NCBI RefSeq assembly: GCF_011745625.1
Contig: NW_027191456.1
Coordinates: forward strand, 434,001 to 498,000
Length of the DNA: 64,000 nucleotides
Direction: 5' to 3'
Source of the DNA: Cladosporium halotolerans
Taxonomy: Eukaryota
Below, piece after piece: positions 10,701 to 21,223 of the stretch. The notes below the pieces were generated by a model. It was given only the letters and a program-made list of their open reading frames with translations, had not been told where the DNA came from and did no database searches. A program made the translations under genes and the position numbers. The first letter of the stretch is position 1. Each line of letters begins with the position of its first letter.

Positions 10701-10898
10701 CTCCGAGGCATACTTCTTCTTCATCTCACCGATCTCGCCTTGATCTTCCAGTGACTCGTCGGCGGAGAATGCATCATGCGATGTGCCATTGGGCGCCTTG
10801 CGGCCTCCGCGAGTGCCGCCTCTGCCAAAGCCACCACGGCCGCCGCGCACGGAGCTCCTGCCTCTGGTGGGCGGCGCTCTTGCTTCGATCTCCGACAT
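7776..10898 (-). CDS. def1: Def1-like CUE-domain protein (RNA polymerase II degradation factor / UBAP2-like), RGG- and Q/P/G/Y-rich
   Basis: N-terminal RGG boxes, CUE motif LKDMFPDWTDVDLVFALDEASGDL, KKSWASMF motif, prion-like Q/G/Y tail. Start placed at MSEIEAR (10898). Probable intron 8652-8882. Confidence 0.82.
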   Translation of the reverse strand: MSEIEARAPPTRGRSSVRGGRGGFGRGGTRGGRKAPNGTSHDAFSADESLEDQGEIGEMKKKYASELGMLKDMFPDWTDVDLVFALDEASGDLPSTVDLITEGNVSQFAEVKKPKDRARSKAADGFSTAGASDKPAFATRGGRGRGGIEGSRGRGGRGSDRARGGFRGGRGGHATTNGAPKDANTASVPTTESSAWETPAATSETTTNAWDNTPTEAAKDTTGAASNAWSNVATTESTPAAAPEAPKSTAAAEPAPKKSWASMFAQPKPPVALPKQAPKPPQHPVRLAEPTTTVTEPVEKPDEHAQEAAPAESAPAPVAPAPAVETPPVAPESAIQTPQSVTAPAQDAAPATPHEPLTQENVEHLPDDSHPPSTLTAASTIGSNDPRNLTPVPGQQTPQAPIGRPAVGGFATSAQRAATSTGRSASFQRRVQEQQETVVMPGHNAVDRAAVQFGSMGLNGEPGPDVDEEREEPETRQAPQHSPPTQPKASLPAAPRQPAPAQEPSAPEAIPTPKQAPGLGPASQQNQPQNQAPAQESVLGQGLPQEPTHLGQNYNQYAAYGQAGMQQDAAAQQQKPYDPFSHQAQYDRFGTQPQQPSHSGFGGLSSAPSDYSSYYTADPQRNAYGGYYGTSAYAPQDMRAQAQQDAGLSQQRSASGFGAASNDSAFGAQAQQVGNFSHSQSQQNETDGEHRHRNALIRAQNEIEASADALSSNYIPSALRPPHIGDMTNRRSYVNPFYPQASLSDNKSQQTQSRYGETPGSGHNTPNPIASAAQQQSIPAPQSQHPMHQAPSHHQYAGFPYGHPYYNSPYQQAYQNQFGYSQPGSGYGGYGGKGGMYGAPYGSAYDQHSSSPANAGAFGQNQQASMRSASGMGSNLGSGGLDDYGRSSAQTGSLNQTSGFGGVTDPFARTTSGFGQSTYAQQPAMTATAQDESLKPFNDSKSGPSPSLGQPGRPGSAANSVVGSSQASAPQQQQQQQQSAFGGYGGFPSQGNQYGGLGGLGGQQGGMGGQGGYGAYGASAFGQYGNYGSRGGWGQSYGAH
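8652..8882 (-). other. Probable 231-nt in-frame, stop-free intron in def1 with tandem CAGCAG acceptor
   Basis: CAG|GTGGGT donor, CTGAC branch motif, CCCAG|CAG acceptor. Codon usage and amino-acid composition differ from the Q-rich flanking exons. Confidence 0.72.
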
Positions 10899-11539
10899 GG
10901 TGATGTGTGTGTGTTTTCCGTGCGACAGTCCGGGTGACTGAGTGGGGATGCACGCAAATGGTAGAAGAACTACCAAGCGCGAGAGATGGGAATGGGTGGT
11001 TGACGAGGTGCAAGTGATGCAGCCTCCAGGAGGGTGTAGCGAGGCTCAAGGAGCGCGGAGAGTGGTGTAGCAAAGGGAGAGTCCCGTCGCGTAAGAGGCC
11101 AGATGTGAGTGATGCACAGCGCGTGACGCTGAGGGGAGTGTTCGCCTCGTGCGGTCGAGGAGATGGGGGAGTGGTGTTGTTCAAAGCGTGCAAAGCAGAG
11201 AGCGGCTCTTCTGCTGTCACAAGCAAAGCAAGCACCTGCCACGAAGGAGAGGCGCGTGCGACTGCGCGTGATAGAAGCCGCGCGCGCGGGACGCCGGCAA
11301 CGCGCTCGCTGCCCGCCGTGTCTCACTTCACTGGACATTGCTCGCGCCTTGTATGATCCACCTGCCACCCCGGCTCGCTCGCGCATGTGCTCAACCCTAC
11401 CATCATTGACAGCCATCTCAGTGATTGTATTGGTACGGATCAGAGGTGCTTAGGCGGTGCTTGGGCGTCCTCACTCTGCCGGGAGACACTCGATTCTATC
11501 TTGCTTGAAGCGCCGCCTGCTCGCCACTCGTAATCCGGC

Positions 11540-12979
11540 ATGAAAGGTTCCGCGGTGGCTCTGGGCTTCAAATCTCTGGCGTCAAAGATCAACAGCCAGG
11601 CACCACTCGGCGCGAAAGAATCTAGCCGGCTCTTGGATGCTCTCACGAGTTCGTTTCGAAAGCACTTGGACGAAGTCCACCCCAGCCAGCAACATGACGA
11701 GAAACAACCGAGCGGGAGAAAAGCGTCAAGCAAGCATGCCGTCCACTCCTCCGCGGCAATGGCAGACATGCACATGGCCTCCATGCTCACGAATAGTTTG
11801 TTAGCGAAGAGTTCCTCGCGGCCAGCCAGATTCGAGCCTGAATTGCATGTCACTGAATCCGACCTCGCCCCGGCCGGCGACGTTGACCCCCTGAAATCAT
11901 TTGAATCTGCACAACAAAAGGGCCACGCGACAATCGGATTAGCTTCGACTTGCATGCGTCGGTTCAGGAAGTCATTGTCAGGTCTATCATATGGGAAGTC
12001 CCTCGCGAAAATTCAAGAACACAAAGTCGGAACACGAGTGTTTTCCTGGCTAATCAACAGTGAATGCATGGAGTCTCAAGAGTTATCGGACAGCGACCAG
12101 TTCAAGACTGGTCTTGTATGGCTACTGGTGAACGAGGGCCATGAGGAAATGGTATTCCGGTGGCTGGAGGCAGACGTGCGATTGCCTAGACCATCATCGC
12201 GCCCAAGCCTAGATAGCAGAGGTGACCAAACTCGCGATGACTACTGGAAAAGAGCCGTTCTGGAAGCTATGGTCAGGACGAAGATTTACCAGCCTTCAAG
12301 ACCTGGCTGCGCCGATGGTGCCCTGGCAGTCTACTTCCGTGGGGTCGACAGCATGTTCCAACGTCGAGAGGTTGAGTCCGTCAGGCTGAGGGCTACAACC
12401 CGCACAAGACATTATTTGGTACAACGGTTGTGCCGCGGATCACTTCTCCCCAACACCGACCCTTCACTCTATGACAAATTCCTCTGTGTCCATGCAAGAT
12501 CTCGATACCTCTTTGAGTCCTCGTCGATGGCATACAAGATGGATGAGTTTTGTCATGCGAAGCTGCGACTCTGGCATCCTACTCGCCCGAGTGCAGATGA
12601 TTTCTATACGCTAACCTCGCGATACTCGCATCACGGCGCTGGACTCGATGACGTGCGAGCGGTCTTGCAAAATACCAAGGATGATACCTGGTCCATTATA
12701 CAACATTTTACTCGCGCGGCCCAGCTATCGGAGGCTGCCGGGATTTCCAAACAAGCCCAAAAATTGTTGTCCATGGCCCTTGAAATGTATCCCACGAATG
12801 CGGAAGAGATCACCAGATCTCTTGCATACATGCGCTCTTTGAATAGCACTATTCTAAAACAGGAAGACCTGAAACCAGAGCAGCAACGAAAGACGCCATC
12901 GGACAAGCAGCGCCAAAAACAACAGGAACGAGAGCAGAACAGCCATTGGCTGTCCCAGTACTTTCCAGCAACAACCTGA
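11540..12979 (+). CDS. Hypothetical fungal protein, 479 aa (possibly mitochondrial)
   Basis: Long ATG-initiated ORF divergent from def1. Basic/Ser-rich N-terminus; the segment ESSRLLDALTSSFRKHLD resembles conserved Pezizomycotina hypotheticals. No domain recognised. Confidence 0.7.
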   Translation: MKGSAVALGFKSLASKINSQAPLGAKESSRLLDALTSSFRKHLDEVHPSQQHDEKQPSGRKASSKHAVHSSAAMADMHMASMLTNSLLAKSSSRPARFEPELHVTESDLAPAGDVDPLKSFESAQQKGHATIGLASTCMRRFRKSLSGLSYGKSLAKIQEHKVGTRVFSWLINSECMESQELSDSDQFKTGLVWLLVNEGHEEMVFRWLEADVRLPRPSSRPSLDSRGDQTRDDYWKRAVLEAMVRTKIYQPSRPGCADGALAVYFRGVDSMFQRREVESVRLRATTRTRHYLVQRLCRGSLLPNTDPSLYDKFLCVHARSRYLFESSSMAYKMDEFCHAKLRLWHPTRPSADDFYTLTSRYSHHGAGLDDVRAVLQNTKDDTWSIIQHFTRAAQLSEAAGISKQAQKLLSMALEMYPTNAEEITRSLAYMRSLNSTILKQEDLKPEQQRKTPSDKQRQKQQEREQNSHWLSQYFPATT

Positions 12980-13633
12980 AACGCCAGGTGGGAAGGACTT
13001 AATACACGATCAATTTCCAAATCATGACTTCGCGCATTCCAACAAATTGAATATTTTTACGGAAAGAATTGGGCTCGTGGCATCGCACGCTAGAGGCCAT
13101 CAAAGATCATCGCACAGCCGCGCGCAACGCAAAGCCCGCCAGATCTTACCCCTCACGCCCCATCACTCTGACGAAACACGTGGGCACCAACACGTACCCA
13201 CAACAAGCTATTCTACCGGAGCCATTTCACCGAGGATTGCTATCCACCAAGAGTTGCTATCGAGATCGGGCGCTGGAAGGGTTGCCGGGAATGTCGTCCG
13301 TTGCGCGTTCACGGAGCCCACGAAATCCGCGCAAGGGGCGCACCCTCACGCCCGGCTTTCCACACCTTTTCACAGCTCGCGAGGCCGCAACAACTCATCG
13401 TCAGTTGTGCACAAACATTGGAAGCAAAGCCCGGGAACACAAAGCATCTCAGCGGTATGTCAAGGGACAAAATTCATACAGTAACCGCGCCTAGCGGTAT
13501 GGTATCTATTCTACTTTTTTCACTTTCTTTCCCACTTTTTGCTATGCCCTTCTATGCAAAGCGCCATGTGCAGTCGTTATGTGTGACGTTAGATGATAAA
13601 CAAGAAAAGACGTTAAAGCTTCGCCCGAGAGAT

Positions 13634-14596
13634 TCAGGCGGACTCCTCGGGCCAGACGTCGTAGCCGAAGGTGTCCTTCATGTTGACGAAGCGGGTGTTG
13701 CGGCCCTTGGCGACGGCGTTGACGGCCTCGAAGTCCTCGTCGGACAGCTTGATGGACTTGAAGTTGCTCTCGATGCGCGACGGGGTGCTGGACTTGGGCA
13801 GCACGACGTAGCCGCGGCGGATGCCCCAGGCAATCAGGACCTGGGCGAGAGTGTTGCCGCCCTTCTCGGCGATGGAGTTCAGGGTCGGGTTGGTGTTGAC
13901 CTTCTCGCCGGTGGTGGGGACCTGGTTCTGGGAGCCGAGGGGCGAGTAGGCGGCGGGCATGATCTGGTTGTCGAAGCAGAACTTGACGAGGTCGTCGTTG
14001 GGCAGGAAGGGGTGGATCTCGATCTGGTTGACGGTGGGCTTGACGTTGCACCAGGAGAGGAGGTCCTTGAGGTGGGGGATGGTCCAGTTGGAGACACCGA
14101 TGGCCTTGGCCTTGCCCTCCTTGTACAGCTCCTCCATGGCGCCCCAAGTCGGCTTCTGGTTCTTGGTGAGCTCCTCCTTGATCACGTACTGGCCCTTCTC
14201 GTTCAGCTTGGGCATGTTCTTGTCGTCCTTCTCGGCGGCGATGGGCCAGTGGACGAGGAAGAGGTCGACGTAGTCGAGGCCAAACTTCTCGAGGGAGTTG
14301 TTGAGCGACCACTTGACCTCCTCAGGCTCGTGCAGGTGGTTCCAGACCTTGGTGCACACGAAGAGGTCGGAGCGCTTGACGTTGCTGTTCTGCTTGAGGA
14401 AGTCGCGGATGGCCTCGCCGACCTCGTGCTCGTTCTGGTAGAACCAGGCGCAGTCGAGGTGGCGGTAGCCGGTCTTCAGCGCGGCCATGGCGGCATCGTA
14501 GGTCTGGCCGGGGTTGCCATCGCTGGCGAAGGTGCCGAAGCCGACGGCGGGGATGACCACGCCGTTGTTGAGGGTGAAGCTCTTGCCGTCAGACAT
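13634..14596 (-). CDS. gldB: Aldo-keto reductase, NADP-dependent glycerol dehydrogenase (GldB/GLD2/Gcy type), 320 aa
   Basis: AKR motifs GFGT, GYRHLDCAWFY, FVCTKVW, LFLVHWP, IGVSN, NQIEIHP, LPKS. C-terminus FVNMKDTFGYDVWPEE is typical of GldB. Strong codon bias, intronless; true start MSDGKSF at 14596. Confidence 0.9.
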   Translation of the reverse strand: MSDGKSFTLNNGVVIPAVGFGTFASDGNPGQTYDAAMAALKTGYRHLDCAWFYQNEHEVGEAIRDFLKQNSNVKRSDLFVCTKVWNHLHEPEEVKWSLNNSLEKFGLDYVDLFLVHWPIAAEKDDKNMPKLNEKGQYVIKEELTKNQKPTWGAMEELYKEGKAKAIGVSNWTIPHLKDLLSWCNVKPTVNQIEIHPFLPNDDLVKFCFDNQIMPAAYSPLGSQNQVPTTGEKVNTNPTLNSIAEKGGNTLAQVLIAWGIRRGYVVLPKSSTPSRIESNFKSIKLSDEDFEAVNAVAKGRNTRFVNMKDTFGYDVWPEESA

Positions 14597-15753
14597 GTTT
14601 GCGGAATGTGTGTTGTTGTTCTGGGGTGGGGTGTTGTGGTGTGTTTGGGTGTGGAAGAATGAAGATCTGGGGGAGCGTGAAAGGTAAGAGGGGGTACATT
14701 GGGTGAAGGATCTTCTCGCCGGGCTCCTCGCGCGTGCGGGCACTGCTGTCCCTTGCCAATGGCCGGCTCGTCGCCATAACAGACAACCCCTCCAGGTGGC
14801 CACAGCGGACGGAGGGCACGACGTCACTGCCCCTCGCAGCTTCAGGGCGCACGTTGAGGGCATGGCGATGACTCCCGCCGGCGGCAGTGGCTGTTTCGGG
14901 CGTCGGGTGGGCCGCAGGTGTGCTGGTGCGGCATATACCTGCGACCAGAGGGCCCGTCACGAAAACTTATCCAGCCCGGCGCTGCAGGCGGTGGCAGAGC
15001 TCCAGCGGCGCTTTGCGCGGATGCCCCAGGATGACGTCGTGCCTCAGGAATTTTTAGCGTTGGCCGCCGGCCGAAACAGAGCCGCGCTGCCAGACTTCAC
15101 CCATCGGCCAATCCGCCGAGCGCATTCCGCGTGTCGTCCACTTTTCGCCTCTGGCTCTTCTGCGGCGAACTCTGCAAAGAAAAGCGCGTGTTGAACCTTC
15201 ACTTCCCACCCCCGCCACGTGATTGGCCCACGTCGCCCTAGCCGGCTGCCGGGCCCTGTCGCGAGCGCGCATGCTTCGCAGGCACCCGCGGCAGCGGTGG
15301 ACTCACCATGTCATCGCGCCGTATCGCTGTGAGCCCGCCCTACCAACCACCCTCGCCGTTCTCGTAGGCCCGAGTGGTGAGAGCGCACAGAGCCGCTCTC
15401 GCCGCTGCGATGACGACGGAGGGGCGGCGCTCTGAGCTCGGTCGCTGCGCGGTGTCCCACCGCATCCGTGAAGTGTCGCAGGGAGGCGAGGGGCGAGGGG
15501 TGCTGGGCTGCTCGCGGGCGAGTATATACATACGCCGATCCGCAGTTTTTCTGGACCGGATGACATCGCCCGATCTTCTTTGTTGACTGCCCCTCGTGTC
15601 AAACTTACCGCACCGAGAAAGCCCCTCCCACCGCCCCTCCTCCCGCTCGTTCTTCCTAGAGGAAACCACCGCCTCCCACGACTCTTTCTACCTCCACGAA
15701 CTCGTTACGACCCATCAGATTCCATACCCAGACACGAACTCCCACGAACCATC
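14597..15753. promoter_or_regulatory. Bidirectional gldB / cut-1 promoter with CRE-like and STRE-like sites
   Basis: TGACGTCG at 14819-14826 (minus strand) and 15032-15039 (plus strand). Several CCCCT/AGGGG, CCAAT/ATTGG near 15110 and 15222, TATATA near 15523. Confidence 0.55.
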
Positions 15754-17244
15754 ATGCCTACCTACGAAGACGGCGTTGGCCTTTCTGCCGGCGAGCAGCA
15801 GGACCGCAGGCCCAGCCAGGTGAAGAACGCCTCTGAGCTCGGCCAGCGTGGCAGCCTCGCCAACATCGCCATCCCCAATGAGAACGGCACCGGCGCCATC
15901 GAGGTTCCGGCCACCAGGAACAGCGTCTCTGATGCCTCTCCCTACATGCACAACCTCTCCCTCGCTCCCTCCCAGAAGGAGAGGAGGGGTTCCCGCAACT
16001 CTTTCGGCGCTCAGCTGCCCATCCCCAGGTCCAAGAGGCAGTCTCGTCTCTCGTCCGTTGCGTACGCCAGCGGCCAGCCCGAGAGACCCGGCATGCCCCC
16101 GATCCAGCCGACCCGCGAGATTCTTGCTTCCCAGGTCCAGGACTTGTCCGGTGACAAGGTCAAGGCCGCCAAGGACATGGGTTTCGTCTTCGACATCGAC
16201 GGTGTGCTCGTCCACGGTGACCGTCTGATTCCCGAGGGCCGCCGCGCTCTTGAGATCCTCAACGGTGACAACGAGCTCGGCATCAAGATCCCCCACATCT
16301 TCCTCACCAACGGTTCCGGCAAGCCCGAGCAGCCTCGCTGCGACCAGCTCTCCAAGATCCTCGGCCAGCCCGTGGACAGGGAGCAGTTCATCCAGTCTCA
16401 CACTCCCATGAGCGCTCTTGCCGAGTACTACAACACCGTCCTCGTCGTTGGTGGTGAGGGCTTCAAGTGCCGTGATGTCGCCCAGGAGTACGGCTTCAAG
16501 GATGTCGTCGTCCCCGATGACATTGTCGCCTGGGACCCGACCATTGCCCCTTACCGCGTCTTCACCGACGAGCAGCGCAAGACCGCCAACCCGCGTGACT
16601 TCAGCAAGACCAACATTGAGGCCATCATGGTCTTCTCCGACTCCCGTGACTACGCCACCGACATGCAGATCATCGTCGACCTGCTCCGCTCTGAGGACGG
16701 CCGCCTCGGTACCATGGCCAAGGACCCCGTCTCCCAGCGCATCCCCATCTACTTCTCCCAGGGCGATCTCCTCTGCCCCTCTGAGCACCCCTTCCCTCGT
16801 ATGTCCCAGGGCACCTTCCGCATTGGTTTGGAGGCCATGTACAAGGCCCTCACCGGCGAGGACCTCGAGCGTGTCATCTACGGCAAGCCCGAACTGGCCA
16901 CGTACAAGTACGCCGACGAGGTCATCATGTCCTGGATGGAGAAGATCCACGGCGAGGAGAAGCTGCCCAAGAACCTGTACATGGTCGGCGACAACCCCGC
17001 CTCCGACATCGTCGGCGGCAACGCCTACGGCTGGAACACCTGCCTTGTCCGTACCGGTGTCTTCCAGGGCGGCGAGAACGACGAGCAGAACCCGGCTTCC
17101 TTCGGTGTCTTCGTCAACGTCCTCGAGGCCGTCAAGACCGCCATGAAGAAGGAGCTCGGCGAGGACTTCCGCTTCGAGTGGAGCGATGCCCGCGTCAACC
17201 CTCTCCTCCAGCAGGGTGACTCCGGCGCCGTCGCCGTCGAGTAA
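15754..17244 (+). CDS. cutA: HAD-superfamily subfamily IIA (CECR5-like) phosphatase, Cut-1/CutA type, 496 aa
   Basis: HAD motifs FDIDGVL, FLTNG, YGKP, YMVGDNPASDI, LVRTGV. Head-to-head with gldB, as described for Neurospora cut-1 and Fusarium cutA. Start at MPTYED (15754). Confidence 0.85.
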   Translation: MPTYEDGVGLSAGEQQDRRPSQVKNASELGQRGSLANIAIPNENGTGAIEVPATRNSVSDASPYMHNLSLAPSQKERRGSRNSFGAQLPIPRSKRQSRLSSVAYASGQPERPGMPPIQPTREILASQVQDLSGDKVKAAKDMGFVFDIDGVLVHGDRLIPEGRRALEILNGDNELGIKIPHIFLTNGSGKPEQPRCDQLSKILGQPVDREQFIQSHTPMSALAEYYNTVLVVGGEGFKCRDVAQEYGFKDVVVPDDIVAWDPTIAPYRVFTDEQRKTANPRDFSKTNIEAIMVFSDSRDYATDMQIIVDLLRSEDGRLGTMAKDPVSQRIPIYFSQGDLLCPSEHPFPRMSQGTFRIGLEAMYKALTGEDLERVIYGKPELATYKYADEVIMSWMEKIHGEEKLPKNLYMVGDNPASDIVGGNAYGWNTCLVRTGVFQGGENDEQNPASFGVFVNVLEAVKTAMKKELGEDFRFEWSDARVNPLLQQGDSGAVAVE

Positions 17245-18574
17245 AGCGTCGCTTCTGCTCTTACGTTTTGACGAGATTGATTGTCTGTTTGTTCAGTTTT
17301 TCAAAGCATGGCATACCTACCTCAGCGTCGATAAAAGCTGGAACGGTGGACGAATGGCGTTGTTGTCTTTTCTTTTTCCTTCATCAAGTTGATAGCCTTG
17401 CGACGGCCACTCGTGGCCCGCCGCCCGTATCACGAATTCCATTGTTCAAAACGAAAAAAAACACCATAGACAGATAGATGCTCCAGCCTCGAACGTGAGC
17501 GATGAGAACAACCGAATGAACCTGAAAGTCAAAAAGAGCCCATTTCCCGCAGTCTGGTCACGGAGAAGTGATCAATCACAACAGCACTCCCACGTGCCGC
17601 GCACCCCTCTCCTCTCTCCGCCTCCGCGCACCTCGGCTCTTCACAAGGCACGCTGGGCTTCCCGCCTTCGTCAAACGAAGCGAGATCTCGAACACCGCGC
17701 ATTCAGGCAGGCGAACCCTGCAATTTCGCGCTCGCTCGCTTATCCCAGTCGCGGCGCAAATCTCCCCGTGGTGCAGAGCACGCTGATCGCCGCGTCGAGA
17801 CCCTGCTCCTGTCGTGCAACGTCCATCACAACCCCGCTCTTCCGTCCTGCCAGCGAGCACTCCGAAATACCCGGCTCGTGGCGTGCGGCGACGGCTTGTC
17901 GTCCAACCAAGGGAGCTACCACTGTTTGATCGGGAAGCTGGTTAGGTGGATCTGGCTCCCTAGTAACCGCTGGTAATAGGTGACGTGAAGACCGTTACCG
18001 CAGACCTACAGTAAGCGGAGCTCCACTCCAGCCCGCGGGTTGGCAGTTGTCATGGCGAGTGGCGGAAAGTCTGATTCTGGCAGCTCGCGTGCGTGAGGAG
18101 GGGAACGGATGGGGCGCCGCAGCGACGGCGATCGCGGCCTTGTGCTCCCACGGCGTTTCGTGAGGCGTGCGCAGGTGGCGTCTGTCGTTTGCGCGGCTGC
18201 GTGCTGCCATTTGCTGGGCGGCGCGGGTTTAGCTGGAGCTTGCCAGTGTGGCTGTCGCGCTGTAGTTTGGTTAGGTGGGTGGATTGGTGTCGCGATGGCG
18301 TTTTTGGGAGGCTGGTGTGAGTGGAGTTACAGGTAGGTGGTTTCTTTTTGTGAGGTACTAGTATAGGGCTTCTGGCGCGTTTCGTCTTCACGTTTCGTCT
18401 TGTCTTGTCTTTCTCTGGTAGGCTGGTTGTACCGAACGCGCTGGCCTTACGCTGCGTCTTCATGTTGTACGATCTTGGAGCTTGATTTGAGGATTGGAAG
18501 CAGGCCCGGAGACTTTAGCCAAAGGCCCTCCTTCATTCATCGCGAAGCCACAACTCCTATTTGCGCCATTGGAG

Positions 18575-20586
18575 ATGACTTCTGTTGATACCAGGACGGA
18601 ATGGGGCGAGAATGTGGAACGGCACGACTCAGCAGTTGACGATCGTCAGAATGCCATGGAGAAGGATATCTTGATGTATGGGTGAGTGCTAATGATTGGC
18701 TGTGCTACGTCGGCTTTGGAAGACGACGGTGTCGAAGACGTGATTGTTGACGTTCATCTAGAGCCGCAAATCAATCATACGTTTTCACGCAAGTAGTCAA
18801 AGACGACATCAAGCTCCAACCGAGGTGGCAGGAGAGAACGGAGATAGCACAACAGCATCTCATTCCCTCACGTCCTCCATGGCCGACGAGACCAGCGTCA
18901 ACGAGGCCAAGATACTATTCCTTCGAGCAGGCCCCGACTCTGACACGGACGCCATGGGAGACAGAACGCACCAAGCGACATCCGCAGGCGCAATTGCTAC
19001 GGCAAGGTAAAGGCAGCCAACTATCAGCGCAAGTCTTCGAAAGTTTGCCGCATGAAGTTTATGGCTGCATTGTGGACCACCTGGAAGCTGGCTTCTCGAC
19101 GGCGACGACGCTGGACGTCTCTGGTCGACAGCAAGCACTACGGACCATTTGCCAGGTGAGCAAACCATGGGCCAAAGCGGCCATTGAAGCATTGTATCGC
19201 GATCTCTGGCTGCCGTCTGCCACACTGGGCCAAGCCGGTGGTCGACGAATGTCAACATCCAGTAAAAGACGCTCTTGGACAGGTAAGAGGCTATCACTTT
19301 CCTTGGGCAAGCCGAAAACACCTTTGGAATTATTGCTACGCACTATCGAAGAGGCGCCCTCACTCGCATATCTCATCCGTCGGATCCATGTGCCGAGCAC
19401 GCTTGCAACTGAGCTGGACAACGAGGCTCCACTACCGATCGAAAGACGGTTGGCAAACCGCCTTGTTTACGAAGTGATCGATAAATGCACGGAATTAGAG
19501 CTCATTACTGGTTTCAACCCAGCTGCTACGCGTGAGAAGACGGAATGGTGCAAGCTATTCTTCTCCCGCGAGAGGCTCGGGGCGCACGTATGGATGCTCG
19601 ATTTGAAGCAACCACTGAACTTCAGTCCGAGTCAGTTTGCGGACATGCATGGGAAATGGCAGTGGCTCGAGACACTCGTCCTCTGCAAAACAGACGAACA
19701 CGATACCAAACTCGGACCAGGGATGATCTCTGCCGTGACAAATCGATTGCCGTCCTTGAAGCACCTCGTTGTCTCCGGCTTTGGCAAAGAAGACTTTCAC
19801 AATGGGACCCTACTCTCCTTGAGCGCACTCACCTCCCTTCGTCTCGAAAAGCTCCCTGGCGTGAACGACCAAGGAATCTTCCAACTCTCACACTCCCGAA
19901 ATGCCTTCTCCCTCGAGAGCCTGAGCCTGATAGACCTAGAACTCGCCTCCCTCCCAACCATCCAAACCCTTCTCTCGAACCTAACCCGCCTCCGCCGCCT
20001 CCGCCTCGTCCAGGACGCATCCCCGAGCCTCCTACTAGGCACCACTCCTTGGAATAAACGCAACGCCCTCTGGTCCCAAACCCTCCACCATCTCCACTGG
20101 GACACTCTAATACCCGGAGACGCAATCAACGTCCTCGCCTCATCCATTCAATCCTCCCACTTCCCCAGCCTGCGCACGCTGAAAGTCCCCTCCGACCCCT
20201 CCGGCACGATCCAAGCCCTCTGCCGCCCCATCGCCCGCCACGCTCTCACGGCGGCCGACCTGCGCTTCCTCGCTGCCCACGAACAACAAGACAGATACGT
20301 GCGCTCGCTGCGGCTGGCTCGCTTGCAGGCACAGATGCGCGTGCGGGAGAGCCGGGCGCGGCCGTCGTTTAGTCTTGTCGTTTCGGACGAAGAGGAGGGG
20401 TCGGAGCAGAGGCATGTCATCGGGGATTATTTGGGGGATGTCAGGTCGGGGATTGAGTATTCGCTTGAGCCCGATGTTGATGGGGAAGAGGAGGCTTTGA
20501 GTTCAGTGGAGAGCGTTTGCGGGATGAAATCGTCGAAGATAGAGGGAGGTGGTGAGAGGGTGGTTCCGTTGAGTGTACTGTTTTGA
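18575..20586 (+). CDS. F-box-like / leucine-rich-repeat (RNI-like) protein, about 643 aa
   Basis: F-box-like FESLPHEVYGCIVDHL...LRTICQVSKPW followed by LxxLxL repeats. Intron 18682-18761 (GTGAGT...CTAG) joins an upstream exon in frame. The exact ATG (18575 or 18656) is uncertain. Confidence 0.72.
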
Positions 20587-21223
20587 GCGTTTTATGCGGA
20601 CTTGTTGGATGCTTGGGAGGAATAATTGTGATGAGCCATGATACACGTCGTGATGTACTGCAAAGACTTGTAAAAGTGATTGAGAAATATGTAGTAACCA
20701 AATAAAAGTTAACCTGCAACATGCGTCTTTCAATGAAAGCTTTGTACTGGTATTGGAAATTGTGGTATAAACACCCAGGCATTCCTTTTCAAACCTATTG
20801 ACAATTCTTGAGCCAGTAAGACAGTCATTACGAGCGATTTATACTAAACCATGTCACTGTATGCACTCCAAGATATGCAACAGAGCAATAGAGCGAACGG
20901 TCACGTGCAACGCGGCTTGTCTCCGCCTCTAGGCATCGGCCGCACCGCACGACATGCCTTCAAACACACCAGACCTCACTTGTGTCGTCCGGGCTCAAGT
21001 CGTGGGCTGTCTGCATGCAGTGCTTTATTCTACCATGAGTGTACATCTGCTGACGATCAATACTGATCGGTTTCTGTAATCTCTACTTACTATTCGGGTG
21101 GGTTCTCAACAGAAGTTCGAGCCATTTCCGTTCCGTCCAACAACTTTCCATCCCACTACCATCTCCCTTCTCTATAACCAAGACCAGCAGCATTGGCCGC
21201 CGTCCGACAGGCCAAAGCCCATC

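Noticed and set aside
13040..13380. RNase P/MRP-like fragments (GGAAAGCCGGGC; GCCCAATTC) on the minus strand
   Set aside because: No matching P4 partner or full set of conserved regions. An Infernal search would settle it.
13301..16950. Long antisense ORFs opposite gldB (453 aa) and the HAD gene (411 aa); similar ones opposite def1 and eIF4G
   Set aside because: Expected from strong C-ending codon bias, which removes antisense stops. No domain motifs.
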